Shown: one piece after another, positions 1 to 9,821 of the stretch
How the letters are laid out: the number at the start of each line of letters is the position of its first letter
Numbering within the stretch: the stretch's first letter is position 1
NCBI GenBank assembly: GCA_044376115.1
Contig: JBILLK010000005.1
Coordinates: 288,001-352,000, forward strand
From: Polyangiaceae bacterium
Lineage (GTDB): Bacteria; Myxococcota_A; Polyangia; Polyangiales; Polyangiaceae
DNA length: 64,000 nt
Direction of reading: 5' to 3'
Made by a program: the position numbers and the translations under genes
The notes under the pieces: generated by a model
What the model saw: only the letters and a program-made list of their open reading frames with translations
Told to the model about the DNA's origin: nothing
The model's database searches: none

Positions 1-371
1 CAAACGCCGTCTTGCCCGCAGGTTTCGGCGCCGACGCAGCTGGGGGTGCACGAGAAATTCTGGCGCTTGAGCAACCGACATCCACCCGACTCCGACACCA
101 CCTCCGGCACCGAGCTGGGAACGACACCGTCTGCGACCGAGCCCTGGACGACACCGAACTCTTTCTGTTTCTCTACGGTAAATCGGCCAACCCGCTCGCT
201 GGCGTCACAGCTCCCGCGCGGGGAGATTGCTCCACCGGCGCCAGCCGTTCCACTCGAGCCGCCGCTCCCACCAGCGTTGTTCCCTCCAGCTCCACCGCTG
301 CCGCCTGTCCCGCTCGAATCACCACAGGCGACCAGAAAGTACAGCGCGAACCCAAAGGCCGACGGTCTCAT
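1..371 (-). CDS. Lipoprotein with Gly-rich tether (3' end runs off the window)
   Basis: Not in the ORF track. Manual translation from ATG at 371: MRPSAFGFALYFLVACGDSSGTGGSGGAGG...CDASERVGRFTVEK...; lipobox LVAC; no stop before position 1. Confidence 0.8.
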   Translation of the reverse strand, partial: MRPSAFGFALYFLVACGDSSGTGGSGGAGGNNAGGSGGSSGTAGAGGAISPRGSCDASERVGRFTVEKQKEFGVVQGSVADGVVPSSVPEVVSESGGCRLLKRQNFSCTPSCVGAETCGQDGV

Positions 372-472
372 GGAGCCAAGACTTAGCACGGTTCAAGCCA
401 TCGCTGCGCAAGGCGGATTGTGCAGCAGCTTGAGGCTCGTCTCCCGGCTCGTTCCGTGCATCATGCAATGCG

Positions 473-1615
473 ATGCGTTTCTTCAGCGATCTTCAATCCA
501 CCGGGACAACGCGACATGCGCCAACTTGGGCCCAGCCGCGTCGTAGCTGTCGTGGCGTATTGTGGCTGTTGCTCTGCGGTTGTTCATCCCAGATTGTGAC
601 CGAGCCCTCCTCGGGCGGCGGCGGCGACGGTGGTGGGGCCGGAGCGCTTGGCGGCGCGGGCGGAACGGCCGTTGAAGGTGGTGGTGGCTTCGGCGCTGGC
701 GGCAGTGGCGGCGGTCCGGGGGGCGCTGGCGGTAGCGGCGGGGCACCAGCGTTTGATTGCGCAGTAGCGCCCACCACTCCGCTCGCGATGCAGATCTTAC
801 CTGGCCTCCGCGGCTACCATGGGTTGGCGATCGATCAGCAAGGTTGGATGTTCGGCCTGGACGTGGCCAGCAACCTGATTCGGTCCACGCACGAAGGCAA
901 TTGGACACCCGTGTTGGGCAATGTGTTCGCGGAGCAGATTGAGTTCGCCGCGAGCGGCCACTTGATGATGAATACGCTCGAAGGGCTCGGGGGCATCACC
1001 CCCGAAGCGCAGCGATACACCATCAACGCCAACATCTTTGGCTACGGTTTGAGGGTTGGCCCCAATGAGCAACTGTATGTAGCGGACGGGAGTTCAATCG
1101 AGCGAGTGGACCCGGCGACGGGCGTCAGCGAAGTCCTCGTGGCCAATGAGGAGGTCGAGTGGGTCACACATTCGTTCGACTTCAGCCCGAGCTACGACCG
1201 GCTTTACGTAGGAATGATCGGGCCAAGCGGTGGGCAGGTGCGTGTCGCGACACTCGATGAAAACATGAACGCCACGAGTCCGTTGAAGCCGTTCGCTGAC
1301 GTGGCCCCCGATTACGCCTGGTTGGACGGCGTGGCCGTCGATATTTGTGGCAATCTCTACGTACCAAACTTCAATTCTTCGCAGCTCTTCAAGATTACTC
1401 AGGATGGCGTCGCGAGCCTCTATGTCGACTGGAGTGCCAATACGACGCAGTACGGCCATGGCGTCATCTTCGGCAATGGGATCGGCGGCTTCCGGGAGGA
1501 CGCCCTTTACCTACCAATGCCGTACAACAACCATACCGTGATGGAGATCATCGTCGGTATCCCCTCCCGCACGTTCACCGGGGAGGTCCTCAACGGTCCA
1601 ACCTCCAGCCGTTGA
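473..1615 (+). CDS. Secreted/lipoprotein beta-propeller, SMP-30/gluconolactonase-like
   Basis: LLLCGC lipobox-like motif, Gly-rich linker, then propeller blades (HGLAID, GLRVGPNEQLYVAD, DGVAVDICGNLYV). Start uncertain. Confidence 0.7.
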   Translation: MRFFSDLQSTGTTRHAPTWAQPRRSCRGVLWLLLCGCSSQIVTEPSSGGGGDGGGAGALGGAGGTAVEGGGGFGAGGSGGGPGGAGGSGGAPAFDCAVAPTTPLAMQILPGLRGYHGLAIDQQGWMFGLDVASNLIRSTHEGNWTPVLGNVFAEQIEFAASGHLMMNTLEGLGGITPEAQRYTINANIFGYGLRVGPNEQLYVADGSSIERVDPATGVSEVLVANEEVEWVTHSFDFSPSYDRLYVGMIGPSGGQVRVATLDENMNATSPLKPFADVAPDYAWLDGVAVDICGNLYVPNFNSSQLFKITQDGVASLYVDWSANTTQYGHGVIFGNGIGGFREDALYLPMPYNNHTVMEIIVGIPSRTFTGEVLNGPTSSR

Positions 1616-1659
1616 GAACGGACTACGGTTGCTCAGGGTTTGACTGATAGGCTTCGGCG

Positions 1660-2949
1660 GTGGGGCGTTCAACGGCATCGATTCGCGAACGATTTGTTGA
1701 GTCGGGGACCTCCTCCTTCCTCAACGTTCGGCTCCAGTTGGCCCGGCTCGAGGTGCCCGATGGTGATCGCTTGGAGCGGATCCTCCAGGTTGCCACGGAG
1801 ATTTCGGCCGAGCAGCTAGAGGTTGAGCGCGTCGGCATTTGGTTTTTCGACCCGGCCCATACCGCGATGACTCAAATGATGCTTTACCGGGCTTCGGCGG
1901 GCACGCACGAGACGGCAGAGACGACGCTGAGCCTCGCTTCGATACCCCGCTACATCGAGGGCATCGAGTCCAAGCGCGTCTTGGTCGTGGAAGACGTGAG
2001 CACGAGCGAGGTGACGCAGGAGCTGACCGAGTACCTCGGCTCGCTAGGCGTCACGAGCCTGCTCGACGCGCCGATCTTTCGGCGCGGTCAAATGATGGGC
2101 ATCGTCTGCCACGAGCACGTCGGGCCCGCGCGCACCTTCTCCACGCGCGAGGTGGATTTTGCGGCGAGCGTCGCAGACATGATTGCCCTTTATCTCGAGG
2201 AGGCAGAGGCCTCCTCGGCACGGCAGATGCTGCTCGCTCAGGAGAAGGAGCTGCTGGTGTCGGAGCGGCTCGCTTCGGTGGGCGTCGTGGCGGGGCATGT
2301 GGCGCACGATCTGAACAACGCCGTAGCGCCAATCCTTTTGTGCGCTCAGCAGCTAAAGGCCATGTTTCCGAACGACCCGGCGGTCAAGCAACGGGTCGAT
2401 ATCATTCTGCAGGCCGCTGAGCATGGCGCGGGGCTAGCTCGCCGACTGCTTCACACGGCGACCAGCGCAACCCCGGTGCGCGACCCGCTCGAGCTTGATT
2501 CGGTCCTGCTCGACTCGCGGCCCCTGTTGCGTGCAGTGTCGGGGGATTCGGTCAGCCTCGAGTTCAGCTTTGCGTCGCGAGGCGCCATGGTGGTGATCGA
2601 CCCGCTCGAGCTCATTCGCGCGGTGATCAACCTATTGTCGAATGCGCGAGACGCATCGGTCGGGCGCCCCTCCTGCGTGCAGCTCTCCACCGACCTGAAC
2701 ACCGAAGGCTTCGTCCGCCTGGCCGTGCGGGATCACGGCTTCGGTATGTCGAATGAGGTACAGGCCCGGCTCTTCCAGCCGTTCTTCACGACCAAACCAG
2801 GCCGCGGTACGGGGCTTGGGCTCGCTGGCGTGAAGCGCATGGTGGACGCTGTGCACGGCACGATTCGCGTAGAGACGGTGCCTTCTGAAGGCACGACGGT
2901 CAGCCTCTTTTTTCCGCGCGTAGCCGCAGACGCCGCACGATCAGAATGA
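1660..2949 (+). CDS. GAF-sensor histidine kinase
   Basis: GAF (SLLDAPIFRRG...CHEH), H-box AHDLNN, N-box NARDA, G1 DHGFGM, F-box FQPFFTTK, G2 GTGLGL; no TM, no receiver domain. Confidence 0.9.
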   Translation: MGRSTASIRERFVESGTSSFLNVRLQLARLEVPDGDRLERILQVATEISAEQLEVERVGIWFFDPAHTAMTQMMLYRASAGTHETAETTLSLASIPRYIEGIESKRVLVVEDVSTSEVTQELTEYLGSLGVTSLLDAPIFRRGQMMGIVCHEHVGPARTFSTREVDFAASVADMIALYLEEAEASSARQMLLAQEKELLVSERLASVGVVAGHVAHDLNNAVAPILLCAQQLKAMFPNDPAVKQRVDIILQAAEHGAGLARRLLHTATSATPVRDPLELDSVLLDSRPLLRAVSGDSVSLEFSFASRGAMVVIDPLELIRAVINLLSNARDASVGRPSCVQLSTDLNTEGFVRLAVRDHGFGMSNEVQARLFQPFFTTKPGRGTGLGLAGVKRMVDAVHGTIRVETVPSEGTTVSLFFPRVAADAARSE

Positions 2950-3166
2950 CGATACCCGTGAGAAAGAGCGTGCCTGCGGGCACGTATTGTCGAGGGATCA
3001 AGCAGATGACTGTCGCAACGAGCGCCATGATCCCAAAGGTCTTGAGCACATCGTTGGGGGCGTCCTGATCGAGCGCCTCGAGCTCTGTGAGCGCGTCCTC
3101 TGGTAACGAAACGGCAGCGGAAGGCAGCTCGAGTTCGGGCGTCTTCGGCATCGGTTCGTCGCTCAT
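2900..3166 (-). CDS. Small membrane protein (88 aa, two TM segments)
   Basis: ATG at 3166 (MSDEPMPK...), acidic N-terminus, two hydrophobic stretches, basic tail; overlaps the kinase 3' end convergently. Confidence 0.55.
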   Translation of the reverse strand: MSDEPMPKTPELELPSAAVSLPEDALTELEALDQDAPNDVLKTFGIMALVATVICLIPRQYVPAGTLFLTGIVILIVRRLRLRAEKRG

Positions 3167-3215
3167 TCCCCTTCGGTTTACGCTACGCTGGGCCGAAATC
3201 CAATGAGTTCGCGCG

Positions 3216-5183
3216 TTGAGGTGGCAGGTGAGCTGGGTCTCTAGGCAGTTGGATGACTGGGTGCGTCTCGTCCAGAATTCGTGGCTCACCTTCGATCGTA
3301 GAACGCTTGGGTTCTCGCGCATCTTGCTCGGCGGCTTCCTGGTGTTCGATCTCTTTCGCCGCAGCGCAGCCTGGGAGGAGATGTTCGGTGACAAGGGGGT
3401 CTTGCCGACCTTCGTTTCGACGAGCAAGCCGCAGTCCCAGGGCTTCACACTGTTCCACGGCTTTACGACGGCGCCTGAGTTGTGGCTGCTCTTCGCCGTG
3501 ATGCTCACCACCTACCTGTGCCTCATGGTGGGCTTCAAAACCAAGCTGATGCAGGTGCTGTCGCTCTTCTTCGTGGCCAGCGCGAACGGTCGAGTGCTGT
3601 TGATCGAGAACGGCGGCTACGTCGTACAGAACCTGCTGCTCTTGTGGACGTGCTTCATGCCGATGGGGGACCGCTTCAGCTTGGATGGGCTGCTGGCGTC
3701 CTTTCAGCGCAAGAAGGAGCGCACCGCCGAGGAGCTCAACGACCGCAGCGGCTTGATCGATTCGTTCCGGCTATCCCCTTTCGTTTCGGTGGTGGGGGTC
3801 GCGGTCAGCTTGCAGCTTGCGGCGATCTACTACTTCAACGTTGTTCACAAGACTGGTGCTGATTGGAAAGTGAACGGGTCCGCCGTTCACTACGTGCTTT
3901 ACGTCGACCGCATGGTGACGCCGATCGTCGGGGACATCCGCAACTACGCACCGTTCCCCATTCTTCGTTGGATGACCTTCGGCGTGATCGGTGCCGAAGC
4001 GGCGATTCCCTTCTGCATGTTGTTACCGAGGCTGGTGATCGCTGGCTTCGACATGAAGTTGTGGATGCGGCGCGCCGAGTTGGTGCTGATTCAGCTGCTC
4101 CATATCGGCTTTGGTTCGACCTTCGTGTTGGGGCCGTTTGCGTGGTCGCTGTGCGTTTTCTCGACGCTCTTGATCAGCCCGCAAGACTGGACGCTGGCTT
4201 CGCGCACGATGCGGCGTGGGCATCGCGCGCGAACCGTCGTGCTCGATACGAGCTCGGGTGCTGCACTGCTCTTCGCGCGGTTGGTAGCGCGGCTCGATCG
4301 GTTCGAGCTCGTTGGTTTTGCCGAAGCAGAGGGCCAGGAAGAAAAGGCGCGCAAGCTGTTTGCCATCCGTCCGAACGGGGAGGTCGTGACTGGGACCAAG
4401 GCCGTTGCCGAGGTCTTGTCGGCGCTGCCGGTTGGCCCGCTGTACTCGTGGGTGGTTCGCATTCCGCCTGTGTCGCTCGTGCTCAAAGCGATGTTTGCGG
4501 CAGCCCCGCGAGCAGCGTCGCGCTTCTGGGGGCTCTCGCCGAAGCAGCGCGAGCCGGTGTTCATGGGCAGTTTTGCGCGAACCTTCAAAATTAGCGGCCG
4601 CGTGTTCTCTGAGGCAGTGTGCGGCTTTGTACTCGTGGCCGAGTTGAACCAAGGGCTCGTGGAGCTCTGGGCGACCAAGAAGCGATGGGGCGAAACCATT
4701 GCCGAGTACAACAAGGCCAACGGCACCAAGATCCGCACACAAAGTGAGGGCATGGGCCTCATTCCGCACAAGATGCGTTACCTGCAGGGCTGGTTCATGT
4801 TCAGCCCAAACCCAGTGAAAGATGACGGCGTCATCGTTTGCGACGCCATCACCGCTGACGGTCGGCACATTGATCCTTACACAGGGAAGGAGCCCAACTT
4901 CGACCTTATCAACGCCAAGAGCTACGGCTACAACCAAATCTGGAGCGACTACTTCAATCGCATCCATATGCCTGGCAACAAGACCTATCGCGATTCCACG
5001 GTGGACTATCTGCGGCGTTTACCGGAGCGCTCCAAGAACCCGAATGACCGTTTGGTTTCAGGCGAGGTGTACTGGATCCGAGACATGAACCCGCGCTGGG
5101 GTACCCACAAATCCTACGGTCAGGTGAACGAGCTGCTGTTTAGCTTCAATGAAGAAGGCCCCGCGCGCGACGCCAAGCGCTAG
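3216..5183 (+). CDS. HTTM-domain membrane protein with degenerate DCC1/DUF393-like segment
   Basis: DRRTLGFSRI, GDRFSLD, LQLAAIYYFNVVHKTGADW, LQGWFMFSPNP motifs typical of HTTM proteins; multiple TM helices. Confidence 0.8.
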   Translation: MRWQVSWVSRQLDDWVRLVQNSWLTFDRRTLGFSRILLGGFLVFDLFRRSAAWEEMFGDKGVLPTFVSTSKPQSQGFTLFHGFTTAPELWLLFAVMLTTYLCLMVGFKTKLMQVLSLFFVASANGRVLLIENGGYVVQNLLLLWTCFMPMGDRFSLDGLLASFQRKKERTAEELNDRSGLIDSFRLSPFVSVVGVAVSLQLAAIYYFNVVHKTGADWKVNGSAVHYVLYVDRMVTPIVGDIRNYAPFPILRWMTFGVIGAEAAIPFCMLLPRLVIAGFDMKLWMRRAELVLIQLLHIGFGSTFVLGPFAWSLCVFSTLLISPQDWTLASRTMRRGHRARTVVLDTSSGAALLFARLVARLDRFELVGFAEAEGQEEKARKLFAIRPNGEVVTGTKAVAEVLSALPVGPLYSWVVRIPPVSLVLKAMFAAAPRAASRFWGLSPKQREPVFMGSFARTFKISGRVFSEAVCGFVLVAELNQGLVELWATKKRWGETIAEYNKANGTKIRTQSEGMGLIPHKMRYLQGWFMFSPNPVKDDGVIVCDAITADGRHIDPYTGKEPNFDLINAKSYGYNQIWSDYFNRIHMPGNKTYRDSTVDYLRRLPERSKNPNDRLVSGEVYWIRDMNPRWGTHKSYGQVNELLFSFNEEGPARDAKR

Positions 5184-5196
5184 TGCAGCGCCTTCA

Positions 5197-6372
5197 CTAG
5201 CTGAGCCAGATGAACTTTAGGTAGCGGCCCTCCGGAAAGGTAGCGGGGGACGGGTGATCTTCCGGCGGGCCGTGAACTTCGCGAACGGAGAGATCGCTGC
5301 GCCCCAACACCTCGTCCGTGAGCGTAGTGAGGAAGTCCTCCGCAGAGATGTGGCTCGAGCAGGAAGCTGCGGCGAGCATGCCGCCCTCTGCGAGCAAGCC
5401 GGCGCAAGCTTTGTGCAGTTTGGCGTAAGCCGCGAGCGCGGTCTTCTTGGCGCGCTCGTTGGGGGCGAAGCTCGGTGGGTCGCAGATGATGCGGTCGAAG
5501 CGCTCGCGGCTTTTGGCTGCGCCTTCTAGAAATGCAAACACGTCGGCGGTCACGAATGCGTGAGTCGAAGGGTCGAGCCCGTTCTTACGAAATGAGCGCT
5601 GAGCCGAGGCGTGCGCTTTGGGCGCAATGTCGACGCTGACCGTGCGCTCGGCGCCGCCCAAGGCTGCAGCCAGCGAAAATCCGCCGGAGTAGCTGTAAAG
5701 GTTGAGCACCTTTTTGGCGCCGCTCGAGCGCTCTCGAACTCGCCGACGGTTCTCGCGTTGATCGAGAAAGGCGCCCGTCTTTTGCCCCCGCGCGAGATCC
5801 ACTTCCATCTTCATGCCGTGCTCGAGCACGTCGATGGTGTCCGGCGCAGCTTCCCCACCGAGCTGGACTACCCGTCGATCATTGGCGGCAGAGGCCTCGA
5901 CGCGACCCAGCAGACTTACGACGCCGATCGACGACAAGACTGGCAGCAAGGTCTCGACTAAGCGCGGCACCCAGCTTTGCATCGCTGCACCGTCGGTTCG
6001 CAACACGGCTACGTGCGCGTAGCGATCGAGCACGAGGCCGGGTACGCGATCCCCTTCGCCGTTGAGTAGCCGATAAGCGTTGGTATCGCTTTTTGAGAGC
6101 TGCTGACGGCGACTGAACGCTCTTGCGATGGTTTGTGAGAACCACGCGGCGTCGAGCGGTTGATCGCCCCGCGTGTAGATGCGTACGGCGAGGGGCGAGC
6201 TCGTATCGAAGAGACCGAGCCCAATCGTCCCACCGCGCGCGTCTTGGACCGCGACCACGTCGCCGGTGCGGGGAGTGCCGCCAGTGGTGCCGCGCAGGGC
6301 CTCACGGAAAACCCACGGGTGACCCCGCCTAAGCGCAGTTGCAACGGAGTCATCAACCTTCACTACGATCAC
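5197..6372 (-). CDS. rlmI: PUA-domain class I SAM-dependent rRNA methyltransferase (RlmI-like)
   Basis: GHPWVF PUA domain, NGEGDRVPGLVLDRY, GQKTGAFLDQRENR, LNLYSYSGGF, DPPSF, SCS, YLK. Confidence 0.85.
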   Translation of the reverse strand: MIVVKVDDSVATALRRGHPWVFREALRGTTGGTPRTGDVVAVQDARGGTIGLGLFDTSSPLAVRIYTRGDQPLDAAWFSQTIARAFSRRQQLSKSDTNAYRLLNGEGDRVPGLVLDRYAHVAVLRTDGAAMQSWVPRLVETLLPVLSSIGVVSLLGRVEASAANDRRVVQLGGEAAPDTIDVLEHGMKMEVDLARGQKTGAFLDQRENRRRVRERSSGAKKVLNLYSYSGGFSLAAALGGAERTVSVDIAPKAHASAQRSFRKNGLDPSTHAFVTADVFAFLEGAAKSRERFDRIICDPPSFAPNERAKKTALAAYAKLHKACAGLLAEGGMLAAASCSSHISAEDFLTTLTDEVLGRSDLSVREVHGPPEDHPSPATFPEGRYLKFIWLS

Positions 6373-6401
6373 GAAGCAGCGCTACCATACGTGGAAAGCC
6401 G

Positions 6402-7430
6402 TTGCTAAAGCTCTTCCGCTCCTGGGTCCCTTTGTGTTCGTTGCTGGTGCTCCCAACCGTGTCTTGCGAGGGCAGCCACGGTGATCTCGCCGCCACCGGT
6501 GGTGCCGGCGGTGAAGCGACGAGCTCCTCTTCTTCCTCTAGTTCCTCCGCTGGCGGTGGAGGCGGAACTGCGGGCGCTCCTCCGGTGATCGAGCCGGATC
6601 TGCCCGACAAGCTGACTTTGATTCACGGCAGTCCGGACCGCGGTGAGCTGCGTTTTTGCTTTGTAGATGCGGCTACTCGCTCCGGTGGTGAGCTACTTCC
6701 GCCACAGCCGCTTGCCTTTGGGCACAGCTTTCCGATCGTGGAGCCGGCGTCGGTGTTGGCGGTTGAGAGTGATCTCGAAGCAGTCGTAGTAGCGGGCGAT
6801 CTCGATCTCGTGGTGGGGGCGAGTTGTGCGGACCTGCTGCTCGACCCACCAGCAGGTGTTGACGTCGTTTCGCTCGGGCTCTTACCCGCGAACACCTTCG
6901 CGCAGCAGCGAAGCCTGGCGTTTGTTGTTACCGGGTGTTTCGGAGCTGCCGACGCAAAGGATGCCGAGCTCGGTTGTGGCGATGGTTACAGCGGCACGAC
7001 TCCGACGTTGTTTCCGATCATCGCGCCGCTGTCGCGCTTGACCGAAGCCTCGGCGATTGGGCTCGCCGTGCTCAACGCGAGTTCCTCGTTCGAGCCGGTG
7101 GATGTCCGCATTCAACCGAACATGAAGTCCGCGCCCAAGTTTCCGCTGGCTTCGCAGGTTCCGCGCGGGGGAACGCTGCCGTTTCCTCCGTATACCGCCC
7201 TCAACGTAGCGACGCTGGGTGCTCCCAACGGCGTAAAGCTGTTTGCCAATCGGCTGGGTCAATCGCTCGAGGTCGAGGTCGCGCTGGGTCCGGCGCTGAG
7301 CGCAGGCGGTCTCTCGTCGCTCGACAACGGCGCAAGCTACGTGCTTGTTGCTGTAGGTGCAGCGCCAGGGGCGCCCGCAGGCTTCTGGGAGCCGTTCAGC
7401 TTCGTCGTCGTCGAGGCCGATCCAACGTAG
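6402..7430 (+). CDS. Hypothetical lipoprotein
   Basis: TTG start at 6402 chosen to avoid overlap with rlmI; TVSC lipobox-like motif, Gly/Ser linker, beta-rich body. Confidence 0.7.
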   Translation: MLKLFRSWVPLCSLLVLPTVSCEGSHGDLAATGGAGGEATSSSSSSSSSAGGGGGTAGAPPVIEPDLPDKLTLIHGSPDRGELRFCFVDAATRSGGELLPPQPLAFGHSFPIVEPASVLAVESDLEAVVVAGDLDLVVGASCADLLLDPPAGVDVVSLGLLPANTFAQQRSLAFVVTGCFGAADAKDAELGCGDGYSGTTPTLFPIIAPLSRLTEASAIGLAVLNASSSFEPVDVRIQPNMKSAPKFPLASQVPRGGTLPFPPYTALNVATLGAPNGVKLFANRLGQSLEVEVALGPALSAGGLSSLDNGASYVLVAVGAAPGAPAGFWEPFSFVVVEADPT

Positions 7431-7434
7431 CGGC

Positions 7435-8862
7435 CTACGCTGCGCGCTCACGAAGCTGCGTGACCGTCTTTTCTTCCTGCGCGCTCAGAACGTCGAGGGC
7501 GGCCACGCGATACGCTTCAGCGAGGGTGGGGAAGTTGAAGGTTGTCTCAACGAAGCGTTCCACCTCCCAGCCCGACGAGATCGCCACTTGCCCGACCGTC
7601 ACAAGCTCCGCTGCGCCTTCTCCTGAGACGTGTACGCCGACGACTTTGCGCGAGCCAGCGTCAACCACGAGCTTCAAAATGCCGTCGTCAATCGCCGCAA
7701 TCTGCCCTCGGGCCAGCTCTTCGAAGGGAGCGCGGCCAACCACGACCTGCGCGTAACGCTCTCGCGCTTGAGCTTCCGTTAGGCCGACGCTCGCGAGCTC
7801 CGGGATGGTGTAAACGCCAGTGGGAATGAAGCCCGAATCGATCGGTACGGGCCGACCGAGCGCGTGGCAAACGGCTCTGCGCCCCTGCTCCATCGATGAG
7901 GCCGCGAGCGAGGGAGGACCGATCACGTCGCCCGCCGCGTAGATCTTGGCGACGCCTGTGTAGCAGTCTGCGTCCGCCTCGATCACACCGCGTGCGTTCG
8001 GTTTGATGCCAACGGTCTCGAGCCCGAGCCCGCGGATGTTGGCGATTCGTCCGACCGCGGCCAGCACCTTGTCGGCGACGAGCGTCTTGCCCGACGCAAG
8101 CTTCACTCGCACGCCATCGGCTGCATCCACCTGAACCTCGGCGACGCCGGAGCCAAACTCTGTTTCGCCCTCGTGAGCGTGAAAGGATCGCAAAAAGCGC
8201 TCGACCAGCTCTGGCTCCAAGAACCCCAAGGGCCCGGCGCCCTTGTCGGCGATGGTCACCTTCACGCCCAGCGTCGCGAAGATCGAGGCGTATTCGCAGG
8301 CGATGACCCCGGCTCCGAGCACGATCAGGGAGCGCGGGAGGTAGGCCATCGAGAGGATCGAATCGCTGTCGAGCACGTGTTCGTGATCGATTGTGAGCTC
8401 CTTCGGGTTGCGCGGGCGGGAGCCCGTGGCGATCACGATCACGGGTGCAAACAGCTGCGTCTCTACGCCGTGAACGTCGCGCACGGCGACGCTCTCGGTG
8501 GAGGTGAAGCGTGTCCGACCGTGGCGTAGGTGCACGCCGGCGCGGTTTAGCTGCGTCTCCATCACTCGTTCGTGCGCTGTGATCACCTGGCTGAGACGTC
8601 GCATCAACGCAACGACCTGCGTATTGGGCGTTGTCTCGACGCGAAAGGCGTCACCGCTCTTCTTGCGAAAGGCCGACAGCGCGATCGCCGTCTCACGCAG
8701 CGTCTTGGACGGGATGGTGCCGTGGGTCACGCAGGCGCCGCCTACGTTGCGCTCTTGCTCGATCACCACCACACGCTTCTTGGAGTGTGCCGCCGACAAG
8801 GCTGCGCCGTGTCCGGCAGGACCGCTGCCGATCACGATGACGTCGAAGTGTGTTTCGTTCAT
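7435..8862 (-). CDS. sthA: Soluble Si-specific NAD(P)+ transhydrogenase
   Basis: GSGPAG FAD motif, GGACVTHGTIPSKTLRE (single Cys, Sth signature), GAGVIACEYA, TFNFPTLAEAY; ATG at 8862 overlaps the HDOD stop. Confidence 0.9.
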   Translation of the reverse strand: MNETHFDVIVIGSGPAGHGAALSAAHSKKRVVVIEQERNVGGACVTHGTIPSKTLRETAIALSAFRKKSGDAFRVETTPNTQVVALMRRLSQVITAHERVMETQLNRAGVHLRHGRTRFTSTESVAVRDVHGVETQLFAPVIVIATGSRPRNPKELTIDHEHVLDSDSILSMAYLPRSLIVLGAGVIACEYASIFATLGVKVTIADKGAGPLGFLEPELVERFLRSFHAHEGETEFGSGVAEVQVDAADGVRVKLASGKTLVADKVLAAVGRIANIRGLGLETVGIKPNARGVIEADADCYTGVAKIYAAGDVIGPPSLAASSMEQGRRAVCHALGRPVPIDSGFIPTGVYTIPELASVGLTEAQARERYAQVVVGRAPFEELARGQIAAIDDGILKLVVDAGSRKVVGVHVSGEGAAELVTVGQVAISSGWEVERFVETTFNFPTLAEAYRVAALDVLSAQEEKTVTQLRERAA

Positions 8863-9695
8863 GCGAACGCTCCAGCGACACGCTCGGCCTCGTCCGAAAG
8901 CTCGAACAGCGCGTCGAGGTCCTCCGGGTACAAATTGAGCGCTGCTGCTGCTGCGTGCGAGCGCACCGAATCTTGGGGCGCACCATCCAATACAACGTGC
9001 GCAAGGTGATCGGCCACCTGCACGATTTGAACGCCGGTGTCCGAGTAACCCGACGAATGATGGAAGCTCGTGGCCTTCGCCACGGCGTCGGGCAGTCCCC
9101 AACGTTCGACCAGCGCTACGCCGTAGCGCACGTGAACGCGGTCGACGACCTCGATCACGTCACTGCGCGCGATCAGGTTCTCTGCAGCGGCGAGGGGCAG
9201 TGCCGCAGGCTTGCCAACGTCGTGAAGCAGCCCCGATAGGAAGGCCTCTTCGACGTTGAGGCGCTTCTGCCTCGCGATCTCCTGCGCGAAGTACGCGGTG
9301 CACACGGCGTGCTTGAACATGTCGGTGAGCAGCTTCTCGTAGCCGCGCACGACGAAGGTGCGGCTGCTGATCGTGACCATCAGGGCGAGGTCCCGAACCT
9401 GGCGAGAACCGAGTCGAGTGCAGGCCTGGTGAATCGACACGATTGGGCTCGAAGGCGTACAGATGGGGGAGTTCGCCACCTTGAGTACGTAGGAGGTAAG
9501 CGACTGATCTCGCTTGAGGACTTCCACGATGTCGCGGACGCTCGTGGAGTCGTCCTGGGCCAACGCGATAATGCGCTGAGCAGCCGCAGGGAGAATTGGC
9601 AGCCCGACTTGGCCTGCCGCCAACTTTGACAAGAGGCGACCGGCTACCCGATCGACCGGCGACTCGGCGGGAGGAGTCATGGTGATCGATTCCAT
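8859..9695 (-). CDS. HDOD domain protein
   Basis: LPILP, DQSLTSYVLKVANSP, GLLHDVGK, RWGLP, FHH motifs. Confidence 0.9.
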   Translation of the reverse strand: MESITMTPPAESPVDRVAGRLLSKLAAGQVGLPILPAAAQRIIALAQDDSTSVRDIVEVLKRDQSLTSYVLKVANSPICTPSSPIVSIHQACTRLGSRQVRDLALMVTISSRTFVVRGYEKLLTDMFKHAVCTAYFAQEIARQKRLNVEEAFLSGLLHDVGKPAALPLAAAENLIARSDVIEVVDRVHVRYGVALVERWGLPDAVAKATSFHHSSGYSDTGVQIVQVADHLAHVVLDGAPQDSVRSHAAAAALNLYPEDLDALFELSDEAERVAGAFA

Positions 9696-9821
9696 CGTCT
9701 TGGGGAACGTCGCGTTGGGATCGATTCTGAAGCGGTTTCGGTGGCGCTTGAGCTTGACGTCCGGGGAGCGAGAGAGGATGAGTGCCGCCGAAAAGTACGT
9801 CGACGAGGAGGTCGGATTCCG

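Noticed and set aside
7435..9102. 555-aa version of sthA and other 5'-extended ORF-track starts (6339, 9741, 19640, 27297, 34018, 52783)
   Set aside because: Extensions overlap neighbouring genes or precede clear signal peptides/SD sites; shorter starts were used.
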